A stretch of 64,000 bases of DNA, from NCBI RefSeq assembly GCF_006345805.1, contig NC_043010.1, positions 19,964,001-20,028,000 on the forward strand. The letters are read 5' to 3'. This DNA comes from Octopus sinensis. Taxonomy: Eukaryota. Shown piece by piece: positions 37,040-50,698 of this stretch (positions within the stretch are counted from its first letter, which is position 1; each line of letters starts with the position of its first letter). A program made the translations under genes and the position numbers. The notes beneath the pieces are model-generated. The model was not told where the DNA came from and searched no databases. It worked only from the letters and a program-made list of their open reading frames with translations.

Positions 37040-38569
37040 TTAAAGAGGGAAGAAGTGGTTGCTGCAAAAATAATTATAATTAGACAAAATATTCTTTTAT
37101 TTTGTTTGCTTCAATTATTAGTTTATCTCTATTCTGTTTTACTCTGTCTATTTCAGCACCATGCCATCATGTTAAATATATAACTCTAAAGTTCCGTCTT
37201 ACTTATTGATGTCTAAGCAACATATTCCCTCACTCATGAAAGTCCATCACACAGACATTTCGTCTACCCTCTCTCTCTCAATTATATTTCTTAATACCTA
37301 CAACGAAAGAATACGTTCCCCAAGAGATGCGCTCCTTCATAGCTGCTAGTTCACGTATTTTGTCATCCTTGGTTGTCTCCCATGAACACTTCTAAAGGCT
37401 TACGCCACCCCACCCCTTCTATATAAGGTAGTGATCATACAGTGCAAAATATGACAGTGTAGTGTACGCGGGTTGAACTGAAGACTATTGTTCTTTGTCT
37501 ATGAATCCTGCCAAATGTGAGCTCTCTTTTCAGGTACATGATGCTGCTGTCCCCCGCCCCAGGGTCTCAAGGGCCCATACTTCCCACACCCTCAGGGTTG
37601 GCACTCTCAACATTGGCACACTGAAAGGTAGGTCTGGTGAGATTGTTGAGATGCTCGAACGGAGACGTGTAGATTTGTGCTGCATCCAAGAAGTTAGGTG
37701 GAGAGGAGGTTCTGCTAGGTTCCTCACTGGCAAAGAACACAGGTACAAGATTTTCTGGGCAGGGAACACTGACGGGGTTGGGGTTGTGGGTATACTTCTT
37801 GCGGAGAAATGGATAGATAAGGTAATTGAGGTAGTCAGAGTATGCGACAGAATACTTAAGATTAGATTAGTGCTCCACCATGGGTTAGCAACCATTATCT
37901 CAGCCAGGGCTACCCGATAGACAGAAAGACTGATTCTATGACACCCTCTTGCAGACTACCTCGTTGACGAATGACAGGGACCTTTTCTTTGTGGCTGGTG
38001 ACTTCAATAGACATGTTGGACAACATGTCAGGGGTTTCCATGGCGTACATGGAGGCTACGGTTTTGGTTCTCACAATGAGGGAACCAGGCTGCTGAAGTT
38101 CTGTGACGCAAATGATGTTATGGTTTGCAATACTAACTTCAGAAAACCTGCCAGCCACCTAGTCACCAACCGCTCTGGCAGACACACATGTCAGATTGAC
38201 TACATCCTCACCAGAAAAAGGGAAAGATGGCTGCTTATAAATGCCAAAACTTTCTCAGGTGAAGAATGTACCCCACAACATAGACTGGTAGTTAGTGACT
38301 TCTGGGTAAGGGCTAAATGGATGCCCAGAAGACGACCATCAAGGAGAAGAAGGGTCTGGAGACTTAAAGATCCCACAAATGGACAGAGATTTAGAGACAT
38401 ACTTGCAGAGATACCCGACGTTGCCCGGTTACATTCAATTGAAGAATTAGACTTTTCTGTTATATATATATGGATACACACATATATGTATATTAATATA
38501 AATACATGAAAGTACATGAAGTTTGTTAAAAAAAAAGGGGATCATGTATATACCTCCTGGCTGTTGAGA

Positions 38570-41470
38570 TTATAACACCTCGTTGTAAACAATGTTCCTT
38601 GTTTTTCCTTGTGGAGCATATACAAAAAGGTTTCTTTTGGTTCCTACTCTTGAGCAGCCAACATACAGTTGTCCATGCGAGAAGCAGGGCTCTTCCAAGA
38701 GAAGACCAGCTACAGAGAGGGTTTGACCCTGAGATTTGTTAATGGACATGGCAAAGCTGACATGAAGGGGGAATTGCAGTCTTCTGAATGTAAATGGAAT
38801 TTCTGCTCCTGATGGAGCAAGAGGAATTCTTGGAATAAAGACGTCATCACCTTTTCCACATCCAGAAAGAATGATCGCTTCGATAAAGTGTGACATCAGT
38901 TTCTTTATCCCCAGTCGTGTTCCATTGCAAAGTCTTGGTGGTTCCAGATTGCGGAGTAGCATTACAGGAGTTCCAACTTTAAGTGCTAATATGTGTGGAG
39001 GTAGTCCAGGAGGCTCCAGTGAATTGAGAAATTCAGGAGGATAGTTCACAACTTCATTTATATCTGGAATTGTATCAACAGACTTGTAAGTGTGTGTAGT
39101 GCTGGGAAGAGAATGCATTAGCTGTTGATAAATTATGTTAACAGCGACGTTTTTTTGGGAGCTAATATTGCTCTTTCACACAGCCAATTGTGATTTTGGT
39201 AGTTTTGTGTGAAGTTGGGAAAGACTTTGTTTTTGAGGTCATCTACAGAATTAACAACAGAGGAAAATGACCACACTTCCATTTGTCCTGCAGCATCGAG
39301 GCATCTTGCCTTCACCAAGTGTCAAAATGTCCTGTGCAAACTTTGTGGACATTTTGTCGCCGTGTAGCTGAGCTCTCATGTTAGTGGTGAGACTGAGGAT
39401 TGTAACATGATGCCACAGGGTAGAGGACTTTAGGCATGCTTGGACTTCATCTGCTCTAGTGCCTTTCGGAATGACAGGAAGAGTTTGCCTGAAATCACCT
39501 GACAACAGAAGCGTTACACCTCCCATTGGAGCCTGACAGTCTCGGATGTCTTTCCGGGCTCTATCTAATGCTTCCAAAGCTCCCTTGTGAGTCATAGTGC
39601 ACTCATCCCAGACAATTAGATGACACATTTTAAGTACTTGTCCCTGATCTGAGCTTTTGTTGATGTTGCATGAAGGCATTTCGGATGCTGCTAAATTGAG
39701 AGGGAGTTTAAAAGTTGAGTATGCTGTCCTGCCACCAGGTAACAAAGTAGTTGCAATGCCAGAGGAGGCTACAGCTACTGCAATGTCCTGATGCTGCCTA
39801 ACTTCTGCAAGGAGAAGCTTTGTAATAAATGTTTTTCCTGTCCCTCCAGGAGCATCGAGGAAGAAGATTCATCCCTCGCATTGGCGTACACTGTTAAGAA
39901 TAGTTCTGTAGGACTGCAGCTGGTCCGGAAGTAATTTAGGCTCATTTTCAACAATGTACTTTGAAAGCGTAGGTTTTTTCACGAATGACAGCAGTGGGAA
40001 GGCTATTTGACCCTGACCTGAATGCTTGTGGCAGGCCATACATCGACAATTCATTTCCACCCAGTTTAGCAATTCTGTCTTCAATGTCAATGAGTGTTTT
40101 GTTATAGATTTCATTGCTGATACCCTCCATGTCAGGATAGAGCAGTTGAGCTTGGCGCTGAAAGTCTTCAGCCAGGTTGTCTCTATATTTGAGCCATAGA
40201 GTGGCTGGATCACACAGTTCGCATGCCTGTAGTAATACTGCAAATAGTGCCCTGAGACTTTTAGGTGATTGTGGTAAAGCAGCCTCTCCTAAAGTTGCAT
40301 CCCATTGTGCACCATCTTCTAACAGACCTTGTCGATAGCAGGCTTCTCTGTATGTTGTGCAGACATGTCCATGAACGGTTTTTAGGGCCTGGAAAGACGT
40401 TGGCCCTCTGACCTCATGCAGTAGTAGACGGAGATAGAAGCACTCTTGTTGAGTGGGATACACTGTGTATACTCGCCCAAGGCAAGTGTGAAACTTAATG
40501 CCAGTGTATCCATGAACATTTTGACCTGCTTTCCGTGAGGCCCATTTTTTTCCATTCCAAGTGTAGTATGATGGAATCTGTAGATACAGCAAGGTTTGAG
40601 CAAATGGATCCACTTGACAAAGCTTGAAGAATGCAGTGAGTGTACTATCCCTTGGTTCCTCTGCCAACAGAGAAGCATTTGCATCGGTGAAGTACACTCT
40701 TTGACCATTTTCCAGGTGCACTGCAAGCTGTTGAATGGCAGGGTGTCGTTGGTGAATTGGAAAGCCAAAGATGCACCAGAAAGCCTTGTTGCTACTTATG
40801 TACCGTCCCACCTGATAATGCGTCACTTCATCCTGGCAGTATTCTTGTTGAAGTCCAAACATTGCAGTGTCAGAACCCTTGTTTACATATTTGCAAACGT
40901 ACTTGATGGATTTAACGGAGTTGCAAAACTCAACGTTGATGTGGGCATTGAAAGTCTTTGACAGGAGTGGGCAGTATGGAACAATCCATCCATTATCAAT
41001 ATCATGCTGTCCGATAGTTGCTGTGAAACCTCCGTCTTCTGGTTTTCTGCATCTGTATGATGGATACCCATCAGCACCTGTCTGCATTTCTTGTAGGAAC
41101 CTCCTTGGAAAGCTTTTTGAACATATGCTGTCCTTCAAGCATGGTGAGTTTATGTTGAATCCATACCCACATGGACCATGTACCATGTTTGCTTTAACTA
41201 TTTCGTATAGTTCTTTGTCTAAAGCTGGATCAGGAAGCTCTGCAGAGATTATCTTTTCGATGTCATTGGAATTGATCTTGACTGAGAGCCAAAGCAGGAT
41301 ATGAGCTTGTGGAAGGCCCCTTTTTTGCCACTCGATTGTGTACATGTCACATTGTATGGGCCCAAAGACTTGCCCTTTTTGTATGAGCTCCATGAGAGAG
41401 ATTAACTTCAGATGGAAAACACGGGTGTTGAGATTCCGGTTCGAATGTAAGGCAGGTTTGAAAGTGTTCC
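38570..41470 (-). pseudogene. Helitron RepHel (HUH-Y2 Rep + Pif1 helicase), N-terminally deleted and frameshifted
   Basis: IEWQKRGLPQAHILLW and YVCKYVNKG in ORF 39948-41525; DAPGGTGKT near 39840; WDECTM, GDFRQTLPV, FAMSINKSQGQTL, HGQLYV. Confidence 0.93.
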
Positions 41471-41559
41471 AAACAGTCATTAGTTGTAGTGGTAGAGTGT
41501 TTATGCCGAATATGTACGTATGCATGTATATATATGCCTGTATATATGTACAAAATCCA

Positions 41560-41800
41560 CTGAGAAGGCTTTTGTTGGTCTGAGGCTACAGCAGAAGACA
41601 CATGCCAAGTCACCACACAGTGAGACTGAACCCAGGACCATGTGTTTGGAACGAAGTTTGTTACCAGACAGCCACACCTATGTGTGTGTGTGCGTATGTA
41701 TGTATGGGTAGATATATTATGCATGTATATATGTGTATATATATGTGTACATATTACATGTACACATATATATATACATCTACACATAAAATACAAAATA
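41560..41800 (-). mobile_element. CORE-like tRNA SINE fragment plus (TA/TG)n tract inside the Helitron
   Basis: Matches the family at 59958-60320 (gtggctgtgtggtaa...gggttcagtcccactgcgtggcaccttgggcaagtgtc). Other copies lie near 45930-46100, 49060-49320 and 59790-59930. Confidence 0.75.
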
Positions 41801-44800
41801 CAAAGTTATATCTTGATATCGCTAGTGATAACAATACTCAAAATATATAACAGACTGGAATTGTAGGCCCGTCTCTTGCAATTTGGATCAATTGGATCTT
41901 GTCCTCCCTCTTGTATAGAAGTGTATGGCTGCAGCGAAATTCATTTTTGGACTTTCTTCTATCGAAAGCATTTTAACAAAAATGCTTCCGTAAAGACGGT
42001 GAAAATATTGTCAATTTCCCCAAACAGGGACACAATTCAATTTTTAAACAATAACCAAAGCCCCTTCTCCAAAAGGGGGAGGGTTACGGTTTACAATTAT
42101 TTAACAAATGCAACACAACAACGTTTCCCTGACGAGGAACCAACAAACGTGATTACAATAGTCAAACAGTAATAATAATAACAACAAACCTTTTTAATTT
42201 ATCCCCATTTATGTGAAACCACTTATTCAAGTTCAAGTCATTGATGCAATTTTATACGAATTGCTAATACACACACACATAATAAGGGTGAAAAATTGAA
42301 TATTAATTTGATTAATATGAATTGAAAACCAGTGGTGTAGCATATAAGACCATAGCGGATCTTCTTCTAGCAAAATGGATGACCACTTGTTAATGGTTCA
42401 TCCCTGTTATATAACACTTTCACTATAATAGTTTCAGTATAAAAATGAAAGTGTCTGCATTACAATAAAGAGATGTTTTTGTTTCACTTTTAACATGTAA
42501 TACTGAGATAGTGGAGAAGATATGATATTGCTGTGGGGTCGCCCTAGGCAAAAGAACTCCCTGGACCTTAAGTAAGGCATGTGTAAAATTTGAATGAAAT
42601 TGGTTGTGTAGTTCTCAAGTTTTAGGGAAACACACAGAGACACATTCTCAGTTTTATATATATAGAGATTACTCGAAGCCTTTGACAAAATAGAAGGGGA
42701 TACAGCTTCACATGGGATAGAAGACAACTGGAGGTTCCTACGGGACAACCTGCTAAGGGCCACCGACCAGATCTGTGGATGGTGCAAAGTCCCCTCTCAA
42801 CCCAAAATAACGTAGTGGTGAAACAATGTTGTTGACAGGGCTATTAGACAAGAGACAGGCTTGGAAGGACTGGAAGAACGGTGGTAGCAGAGAAGAGTAT
42901 CAGACTGCCAGAAGGGAAGCTAGGAAGCAGGTTTATTTAGCAGGAGGGAAAGCAAATAAGAAAAAATTTGCCAATGTTCTGCGCCATGAAGAAGAAAGAC
43001 TAAAGGTATTTCATGTTGCAAGACAGTGTGTGAGTGAGAATCGTGATGTGGTAGGTGAGAAATGTGTTCGCATGGATGATGGTTCACTTGCGCTAAATAA
43101 GGATGCAAAGAGAGAGGTTTGGAGACGCCACTATGAAAGGTTGCTGAATAAAGAAAATGAATGGGATAAAGAGAGTTTGCCAAATGTTGACCCAACAGAG
43201 GGACCAGCTATCTGAGTTGACAGTACCTTGGTAGATAAGGCAATTAGAAGTATGAAGACAGGGAAAGCCCCAGGCCCATTGGGAATTACTGCAGAGATGC
43301 TCAAAATATCTGGCAGTGTCGGCTATAGCCTAGTCACCCGTATAGTTAACCAGGTGATACACGAAGGAGTCATACCCAATGACTGGTGTAGCAGCATAAT
43401 AGTCAACTGCTACAAAGCTAAAGGTGTTGCTCTAGATACATAATTACAGAGGTATTGAGCTGTTGGATCAGGTAATGAAGGTTATGGAGAGGGTCATAGT
43501 CCAACTGATTAGGGAGAGAGTCAGCTTGGATGAGATGCAGTTTGGTTTCGTGCCAGGGAAAAGCACCACTGATGTCGTATTTCTGGTAAGACAGCTGCAG
43601 GAGAAATACCTAGCCCTTGTACCTGGCTTTCATTGACATGGAGAAAGCCTTTGACAGGGTCCCCTGATCCCTTATCTGGTGGTCAATGAGGAAACTAGGG
43701 ATAGATGAATGGTTAGTGAGAGCTGTGCAAGACATGTACAGGGACGCTGTAAGTAAGGGTTGGCAACGAGTACACTGAAGAATTCCGGGTAGAGGTAGGG
43801 GTCCACCAAGGTTCAGTCCTCTGCCCCCTCCTATTTATCATAGTCCTCCAGGCAATAACGGAGGAATTCAAGACAGGATGCCCCTGGGAGCTCCTCTATG
43901 CTGATGACCTTGCTCTAATTGCTGAGTCACTATCAGAACTAGAGGAGAAGTTTCAGTTGTGGAAACAAGGATTAGAATCGAAAGGCCTTAGAGTCAACCT
44001 AGCTAAAACCAAAGTACTAATAAGTAGGTAGGCAGGCAAACCACAAATCCCTTCAGGTGGATGGCCCTGCTCGATCTGTAGTAGAGGCGTAGGTAGAAAC
44101 TCTATAAGATGTACTCAGTGTAAGCTATAGACACATAAGAGGTGCAGTAATATCAAAGGAAGGCTAACAGGGAAGATAGTTTTTGTATGTGGCAGATGCT
44201 CGGGAGCAATAAGCACTGAAAATGCGCAGAAAACAACTCCCGCCACATTCCAGGGAGGAAAACTAGAAGTAGTTGATAGCTTCCGTTACCTAGGGGACCA
44301 AGTCAGTAGCGGGGGAGGGTGCGGTGAAAGTGTAGCTGCTAGAATAAGAATAGCTTGGGCAAAGTTCAGAGAGCTCTTACCTCTGCAGGTGACTAAAGGC
44401 CTCTCGCTCAGAGTAAAAGGTTGGCTGTATGATGCATGTGTACGAACAGCCATGCTACATGGCAGTGAAACATGGGCCATGACTGCTGAGGACATGTGTA
44501 AGCTTGCAAGAAATGAAGCCAGTATGCTCCGATGGATGTGTAATGTCAGTGTGCATACTCGACAGAGTGTAAGTACCTTCAGAGAAAAGTTGAACCTAAA
44601 AAGCATCAGATGTGGTGTGCAAGGGAGACAACTGCACTGGTATGGACATGTGACGAGAATGGATGAGGACAGTTGTGTGAAAAAGTGCCACACCCTGGTG
44701 GTTGAGGGAACCTGTGGAAGAGGTAGACCTAGGAAGACCTGGGATGAAGTGGTGAAGCACGACCTTCGAACTTTGGGCCTCACCAAGGAAATGACTAGTG

Positions 44801-46112
44801 ACCAAGACTTCTGGAAATATGCTGTGCTTAAGAAGACCCGGCAAGCCAAATGAGACCATAATCTCGTGGCCTATGCCAGGGGCGTTACCAGCCCACTTAT
44901 GCGTACCTTTCCTTCTTTGGACACTAAAAGTCTGCTTGTGAGGACCTGTTGAGGCAAATGAAATCAAAAATCAAAATCAAATTCGATGACTGGCATCCAT
45001 GCTAATGGGGTGCAAAGAGCACCATATGAGTGTGATCATTGACAGAGCGGCTAACCGGCTTCCGTGCCAGTGGCACTTAAAAGGCACCATTCGAGCGTGA
45101 TCGTTACCAGCGTCGCACTACTGGCACTCGAGCCCCGTGCTAGTAGTGTATTAAGAGCACCATCTAAGTGTGATCATTGCCAGAGCAGCTAACTGGCACC
45201 TGTGCTGGTGGCATGTGTAAAAGATTCGAGCGAGGCCGTTGCTAGTGCCTCCTGACTGGCACGTAAAAGCACCCACTACACTCTTGGAGTGGTTGGCGTT
45301 AGGAAGGGCATCCAGCTGTAGAAACTCTGCCAGATCAAGATTGAAGCCTAGTGCAGCCATCTGGTTCGCCAGCCCTCAGTCATACGTCCAACCCATGCTA
45401 GCATGGAAAGCGGACGTTAAACAATGATGAATTGAAATCATAGTTGTGGCCAGTGCCACCTGACTGGCCCCCATGCTGGTGGCACATACAAAGCATCATC
45501 CGAACGTGGTCGATGCCAGTGCTGCCTGACTGGTTCCTGTGCCAGTGACATGTAATAAGCATCATCTGAATGTGGTCGATGCCAGCGACATGTCAAAGCA
45601 CCCATTACACTCTGTGATTGGCGTTAGGAAGGGCATCCAGCTGTAGAAACCTTGCCAAATCAGATTGAAGCCTGGTGCAGCCTTCTGGCTAGCCAACTGC
45701 ATGTCAAACCGTCCAACCCATGACAGCATGGAAAGCAGATGCTAATCGATGATGGTGTGTGATTGGGCTGTGTCCATGCACTGGGGAATCAATTTGAAAG
45801 GTCTGGTCATACAAACTGATCCCAGTCTTTATTCCCTTTAAGTTTGGAATTTTATTCTATCAATCTCTTTTGTTGAACTGGTAAGTTATGGAGATATAAA
45901 CAAACTGTTATCAATTCTCAAGAGGTTTGGAGACAAACACACACACACACAAGGAGCTTCCACAGTTTTTGTTTACCAATAAAGAATTGGTTGGCCTAGG
46001 GTTACACTGGAAGGTAATTGCCAAAGGTGCCGTGTAGCGGGACAAAACCTGGAACCTTGTGGTTGTGAAGCAGAAAACTTAACCACACAGCCATGCTTGC
46101 ACCAAAACTCAC

Positions 46113-46330
46113 CTGTTGTGTATTTATGACTCCAGGTGTGTCATAAAGCCAACGACTCCGTTCCAAGGTTGATTTAAATGTTTCAAGTCGTTTGGCTTTT
46201 TCAGATTTTAATTTCGCATCAAGCTCTGATGGTGTAATCGAGGCATTTGACTTCGCTGTATAGGAGGTGACACTAAAACCTTCATAATCATTGTCAGGAG
46301 GAGTGACAAACTGTGTCATTCGAACCAGTC
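46113..46330 (-). CDS. NOA1: NOA1 exon 4 (contains G3 motif WLYDTPG)
   Basis: 218 nt, GT-AG, phase 1 to 0. Confidence 0.9.
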
Positions 46331-47345
46331 CTACGATAAAGGGAAACAGAAAATTTTAATTTAAAAAACTGAATAATGTAAGTGAAATGGACATCATCAT
46401 CATCATCATCATTAAACATCTGTTTTCCATGCTGGTATGGGTTGGACAGTTTGATAGGAACTGGCAAGCTGGAGTGCTGTACAAAGTTCGAAAGTGTATG
46501 TTTTGGCATGGTTTCTACAGCTGGATGCCCTTCCTCATACCAACCACTTTACAGAGTGTACTGGGTGCTTTTGCATGGCACAAGCACATGTGCTTGTTAT
46601 GTGGAACCAGCAAAGGTGCATTTTATGTGACACCAGCATGTACATTCCTTTATTTTATTTCTGGAAAAAAAAAAGGTATTAACTCCATGAAACTGGGCAT
46701 GAGGAAAGGTAGTGCCTCTGATCTTAGTGAGAAAGAAAATATCTTCAAACCAGAACACACTCCCAGATGCTGACAACCAAGTCAGCTCCTCTAAAAGTAC
46801 CCAAGAACCAGGTAGGCAACCAAGTAGGCCACAGCAGAAACAGAATTCAGAACACAGAGCTGAAACAAATATCACAAGAATCCCATCTAGAAGTCTAATG
46901 ATACAGCCAGTCCTCTATTCTAGGCTGGTACTACTCTCCACTGCTCCCAGTTGAGGGGTTTTGTCTTACAAGGTACTAGGTGATCCTGTCGATGCTGGGG
47001 CCACATACAAAGCACTGATGCTGGTGCTGCAGAAAAAAAGCACTGGTGATGGTGCCATGTAAAAAGCATTTGGTACACTCTGTAAAGTGGATGCTGTTAA
47101 ACAGGGCATCCAGCTCTAGAAACTTTGCAAAAACAGATAATTGGAGCCTGGTACGACTCCTGGTCTAGCCAGCTCCTGTCAAACCATCTAACCCATGCCA
47201 GCATGGAAAGCGGATGTTAGTTGATGATGGTGATATTTTGTCACAAAATACATTGGCAGGTAGTATGACTAACGACTGTTTTTCTGGAACAAAGTACAAT
47301 TGTTGAAGAGTTTGATTTTCAAGAAGACCATCAATAAATACTCAC

Positions 47346-47513
47346 CTCTCAAAATAGCATTATAACTCAATCCATATTTTTCTAATTTGATTCTTTGATG
47401 CATCTTCATTTCTTGAAGCACCTCTGCATCTTCTTGAAGTCTTGCTCTACGTTTATACATCCGTTCTGATGTTGGTGATAAAATCGGGAATTTTAGTAAA
47501 TTTAAAGTGGTGC
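47346..47513 (-). CDS. NOA1: NOA1 exon 3 (G2 motif GTTLNLLKFPI)
   Basis: 168 nt, GT-AG, phase 1/1. Confidence 0.92.
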
Positions 47514-47632
47514 CTAAAAGGAATTTAAAGCAAAGATAATAACTATCGTCAGAAATAAGGATAATATGAATTTTTTTTGCAATTGAAAGCAATTCCTGTA
47601 TAAAATTCTTAAAATAAATGAAGACACATTAA

Positions 47633-47852
47633 CCCTTTCGTTACTGTATATATTTTGAGATGCTCTGTGTTTCTCGCAGTTATTTTAAGTATAACAAAGA
47701 ATTTAGTAAAATAACTCAGTTATCATTAAGCTAGTGTTAGGAACATAAATTGTGACTAAAGTTTGGTGGAAGATTTTAATTTAGAACTTTTGAAAGCAAG
47801 ACATTTGTACTCAGAGCCAGAGGTGGTTTCAGCTGCGTTGGTAACGAAAGGG
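47633..47852. mobile_element. piggyBac-type MITE (220 bp)
   Basis: Perfect 12-bp TIRs CCCTTTCGTTAC / GTAACGAAAGGG with TTAA on both sides. Confidence 0.92.
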
Positions 47853-48552
47853 TTAAAAAATGAATTCTTGAAATAATTACAGAAATGAGATACAACTCTT
47901 TATTCTTGTATTGGTTCCAGCATCATCATCATTTAACATCTGTTTTCCACATTGGCATGGGTTGGATGGTTTGTTTGGATCCAATGACCCAGAAGTCTAC
48001 ACCAAGCTGCAATGTCCGCTTTGATATGGTTTCTATGGCTGGATGCGTTTTTCCTAATACCAAATACTTTACAGAGTGTACATGGAGCTTTATTCATGGC
48101 ACCAGCACTAGTAAGGTCACTAGATAACATGCAAGTCAAAAGTTCTTTTGACTGAGTAGGGGTACCGTATTGGAAGGGGTGGCTTTGTGCCATGTGTTGA
48201 GAGGTGAAAGTATGATGGAGAAACAGGAACAGGTGTCTTGCAGCAGAGGAGATACATGGCTACTCTAGCTGCAAAGGATGGTGGCACTAAAGTACCAGTT
48301 TACCCTCAAGTCATGAGAATGTGGATTAAGAAAGAATTGGGGCAGAGAAGTTAGTATTTACGTTATTTTGCAGGATTATTTGAGACCTCCTGTTGTTTAA
48401 TTTTCCAAAGGAATGGTGAGTTGGACATATTCATGTTAGTCTTACTAATGTTAGAGGCTCATCACAAAGACCCAAGGCACAGCTCCTTTCTTTGGAGCAA
48501 ATCAATAAAAAAAATATAAATAACAGGTTTGTACTATTCTATATTTTTGAGA

Positions 48553-48712
48553 CGAGGAATTGTGTAAATTATTTACAATGGACGGAAAAGTGTCCCCCAA
48601 CTTGTTTGTTGTTACCACAACGTTTCAGCTGATGTCCTCTCCAGCTTTTATCAGCTGAAATGTGGTAACGACAAACAAGATGAACACACCTCTCTGTCCA
48701 TTGTAAATAACG
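48553..48712. mobile_element. Fold-back (inverted duplication) of an HHR-bearing Penelope-type tail in NOA1 intron 2
   Basis: ttatttacaatggac...cttgtttgttgttaccaca...tttcagctgat pairs with atcagctgaaa...tgtggtaacgacaaacaag...gtccattgtaaataa. The minus arm has the degenerate core CTGATAA...GAAACGTT. Confidence 0.75.
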
Positions 48713-48752
48713 TAACTGGTTATTTATTAAAGAAGTATTCAGAAAAATTTAC

Positions 48753-48881
48753 CTGGCCAAACAGAGACGGTTGCTTTTTGGAAAATTTCGCGTGCTTGAG
48801 ATTTACAGAAATCTGACTCCAACAAAATGTTGAAGATAGACGACTTTCCAACATTACTGCTTCCCACAAGATAAACATCAC
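48753..48881 (-). CDS. NOA1: NOA1 exon 2 (G1/P-loop [14 protein letters not shown]...ATVSVWP)
   Basis: 129 nt, GT-AG, phase 1/1. It is below the ORF-track cutoff and was translated by hand. Confidence 0.92.
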
Positions 48882-49451
48882 CTATTTCAAAAAATAACAA
48901 ACATTTCATTCGATAAAAAACTCTTGATAATTCGAAATTTCAATGTTTTGTTTTATTTAATGCGCTTTTCATAAAGAAGCATAAATCAATAATTAGATAA
49001 AAGCACCTCCCCCACCCCAGTCAAGTGTCCAGCATTATGAACAATTGGTTACAAATTTATCATTACACCTTTACGCACACAATCATGAAGTAGTGAGTTC
49101 GATTCCCAGACTGGGCTGTGTGTTGTGTTCTTGAGCAAGACTATTTCACATTTACTCGAAAATTTTACCGAACTTTCTAGGTGCAATCCCAAGGTCATTA
49201 ATGACTGAAGGGGGTCTTTTTATATGTATATATGTGCGTGTCTTTATGTCTGTGTTAGTCCCCAACCACCCACTTGACAACTGGAGTTCGTTTGTTTACG
49301 TCCCTATGACTAGAGGCTAGAGAAAAGGAATACGTATGCAATATGTACGAAGCTTAAAAAAGAAAGATTAAGGGCCGGGCGTCGATTCGTTCGATCGAAA
49401 CAATTAAATGATAAAAGAGGAGAAACTGATAATAAAAGAAATGTCTCTCAC

Positions 49452-50556
49452 CATTCTTTCCATGATCGTCGAACAGTTTGTTTATAAGATGTTCAATGCC
49501 ATAACCAGTCTTGGCACTAACTAATTCTATATGTCTAATGTTGTAACCGGAAGGATTCCAACCAGCTTGGGAACAAGCTGTGAATAAATATTTCTCCAAC
49601 CTTTTTAGATAATGTGGAGAATCCATTGGGATGAGATCAACCTTATTTCCAATGATATAAACCGGTCTTTTACGACCAATAATCGGTAATATATCGTGAA
49701 GCATACTATTATTGATATCTGACAGATCAACGGTGAACAGCACAATAGCGCGAGAGTCGTGGATTTTAGATAAGATTTGGGGATAACCTTCAATAGGGAT
49801 TTTCATGTTTAAACAATGTTTGTGATATGTCATTAACAAACATCGAAAGCAAAGTGTTTTTTCCATTTTTTCAAGAGTTAAAGAAATGAATTTTTTACTG
49901 CTTATATATCCTGGCCGATTTTGGTCTTGACAGTGTAATGTTGCTCCACACCCGGGGCAGTTCACATTACTGGCCTCGACGGAAGGGTCTGGTTCCCCAA
50001 CTGAGTAAGATTTTTTCTTTTGTGGATCTTCATAAGTTTTTATACTTAGTCGTAGTTTATGTAAAAAGCTTTCGGTCTGGTCTGCAGTAAAATTTAATTC
50101 TTCATAAGCCTTAAGTAACTTTTGTGTTGCATCACTTTCGTAAAAGACTTTAGAAAGTCCAAGCTGACCCTCAATGTTTGGCCTTGAAATTTCGGTTGAT
50201 TCCATCAGTGGCTCGTTTGTAATGTTTTCCTTATTCAAAATCATGCGAGTGGCAAGAGAAAATCCTTCGAAAGGATCATCAGCCTTTTCGCCTTCTTCTT
50301 TTAATGCTTGTTGCATTTTTCTTCTCCGATATTTCTTATATTTTCGGCACAATATCATCTTTGGTATTTCCAAACAAATACTTCTTCGCGTCAAAGGACA
50401 AGGAAGTGTAATCTCTCGTTCGTAACCAAACTTTAGAGTTTGTCTCTGAGTATTTAACTTCACATTACACAAACATTTCATCAGATTTTCGTGTTTATTT
50501 CCAGGGTTTAATGTAAATCTCCGAAGAGGCAATCGACCCAACATCAACACAGACAT
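49452..50556 (-). CDS. NOA1: NOA1 exon 1: targeting-like N-terminus, CPGCG..CFRC zinc motif, G4 NKVD, G5 SAKTG (circularly permuted GTPase)
   Basis: ATG at 50556, donor GTGAG at 49451. The eight joined exons total 2193 nt, giving 730 aa plus stop. Confidence 0.95.
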
Positions 50557-50698
50557 CTTGTAAACACGTGTTTCACTTGACAAAACCAGATTCCAATCTG
50601 TCGTCCAGCTGACACAGAAACCTTAAACGAATAAACTGCAATTACCTACAAAATCTAAAGAAACTAAATTAATTCCTATAAGATCAATAAGTTCTGTG

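Larger units (their letters stand above)
38402..42668 (-). mobile_element. Helitron (Helitron1-type) with partial Rep and Pif1 helicase
   Basis: Minus-strand 5' TC at 42668; 3' end CAAG (CTAG-like) at 38402 preceded by a CCGGGCAACGTCGG hairpin. It is inserted in A|T with no TSD; removing it restores RTE codons DILLEAFD. Confidence 0.92.
37200..45430 (+). mobile_element. Near full-length RTE-clade LINE in NOA1 intron 4, split by a Helitron
   Basis: APE domain VGTLNIGTL...CIQEVRW...GDFN...QIDYIL (37590-38400). RT resumes at 42669 (KAPGP, GVHQGSVL, YADDL). 3' UTR ends in (GAT)n. The 5' limit is approximate. Confidence 0.92.

Noticed and set aside
38570-39945. Host PIF1 helicase gene
   Set aside because: It is contiguous with a Helitron Rep domain, frameshifted and bounded by Helitron termini.
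50557-50583. N-terminal extension of NOA1 from the TTG start given in the ORF track, and the read-through tail 49354-49451
   Set aside because: The ATG at 50556 is the first in-frame Met; the tail is intron sequence past the GTGAG donor.
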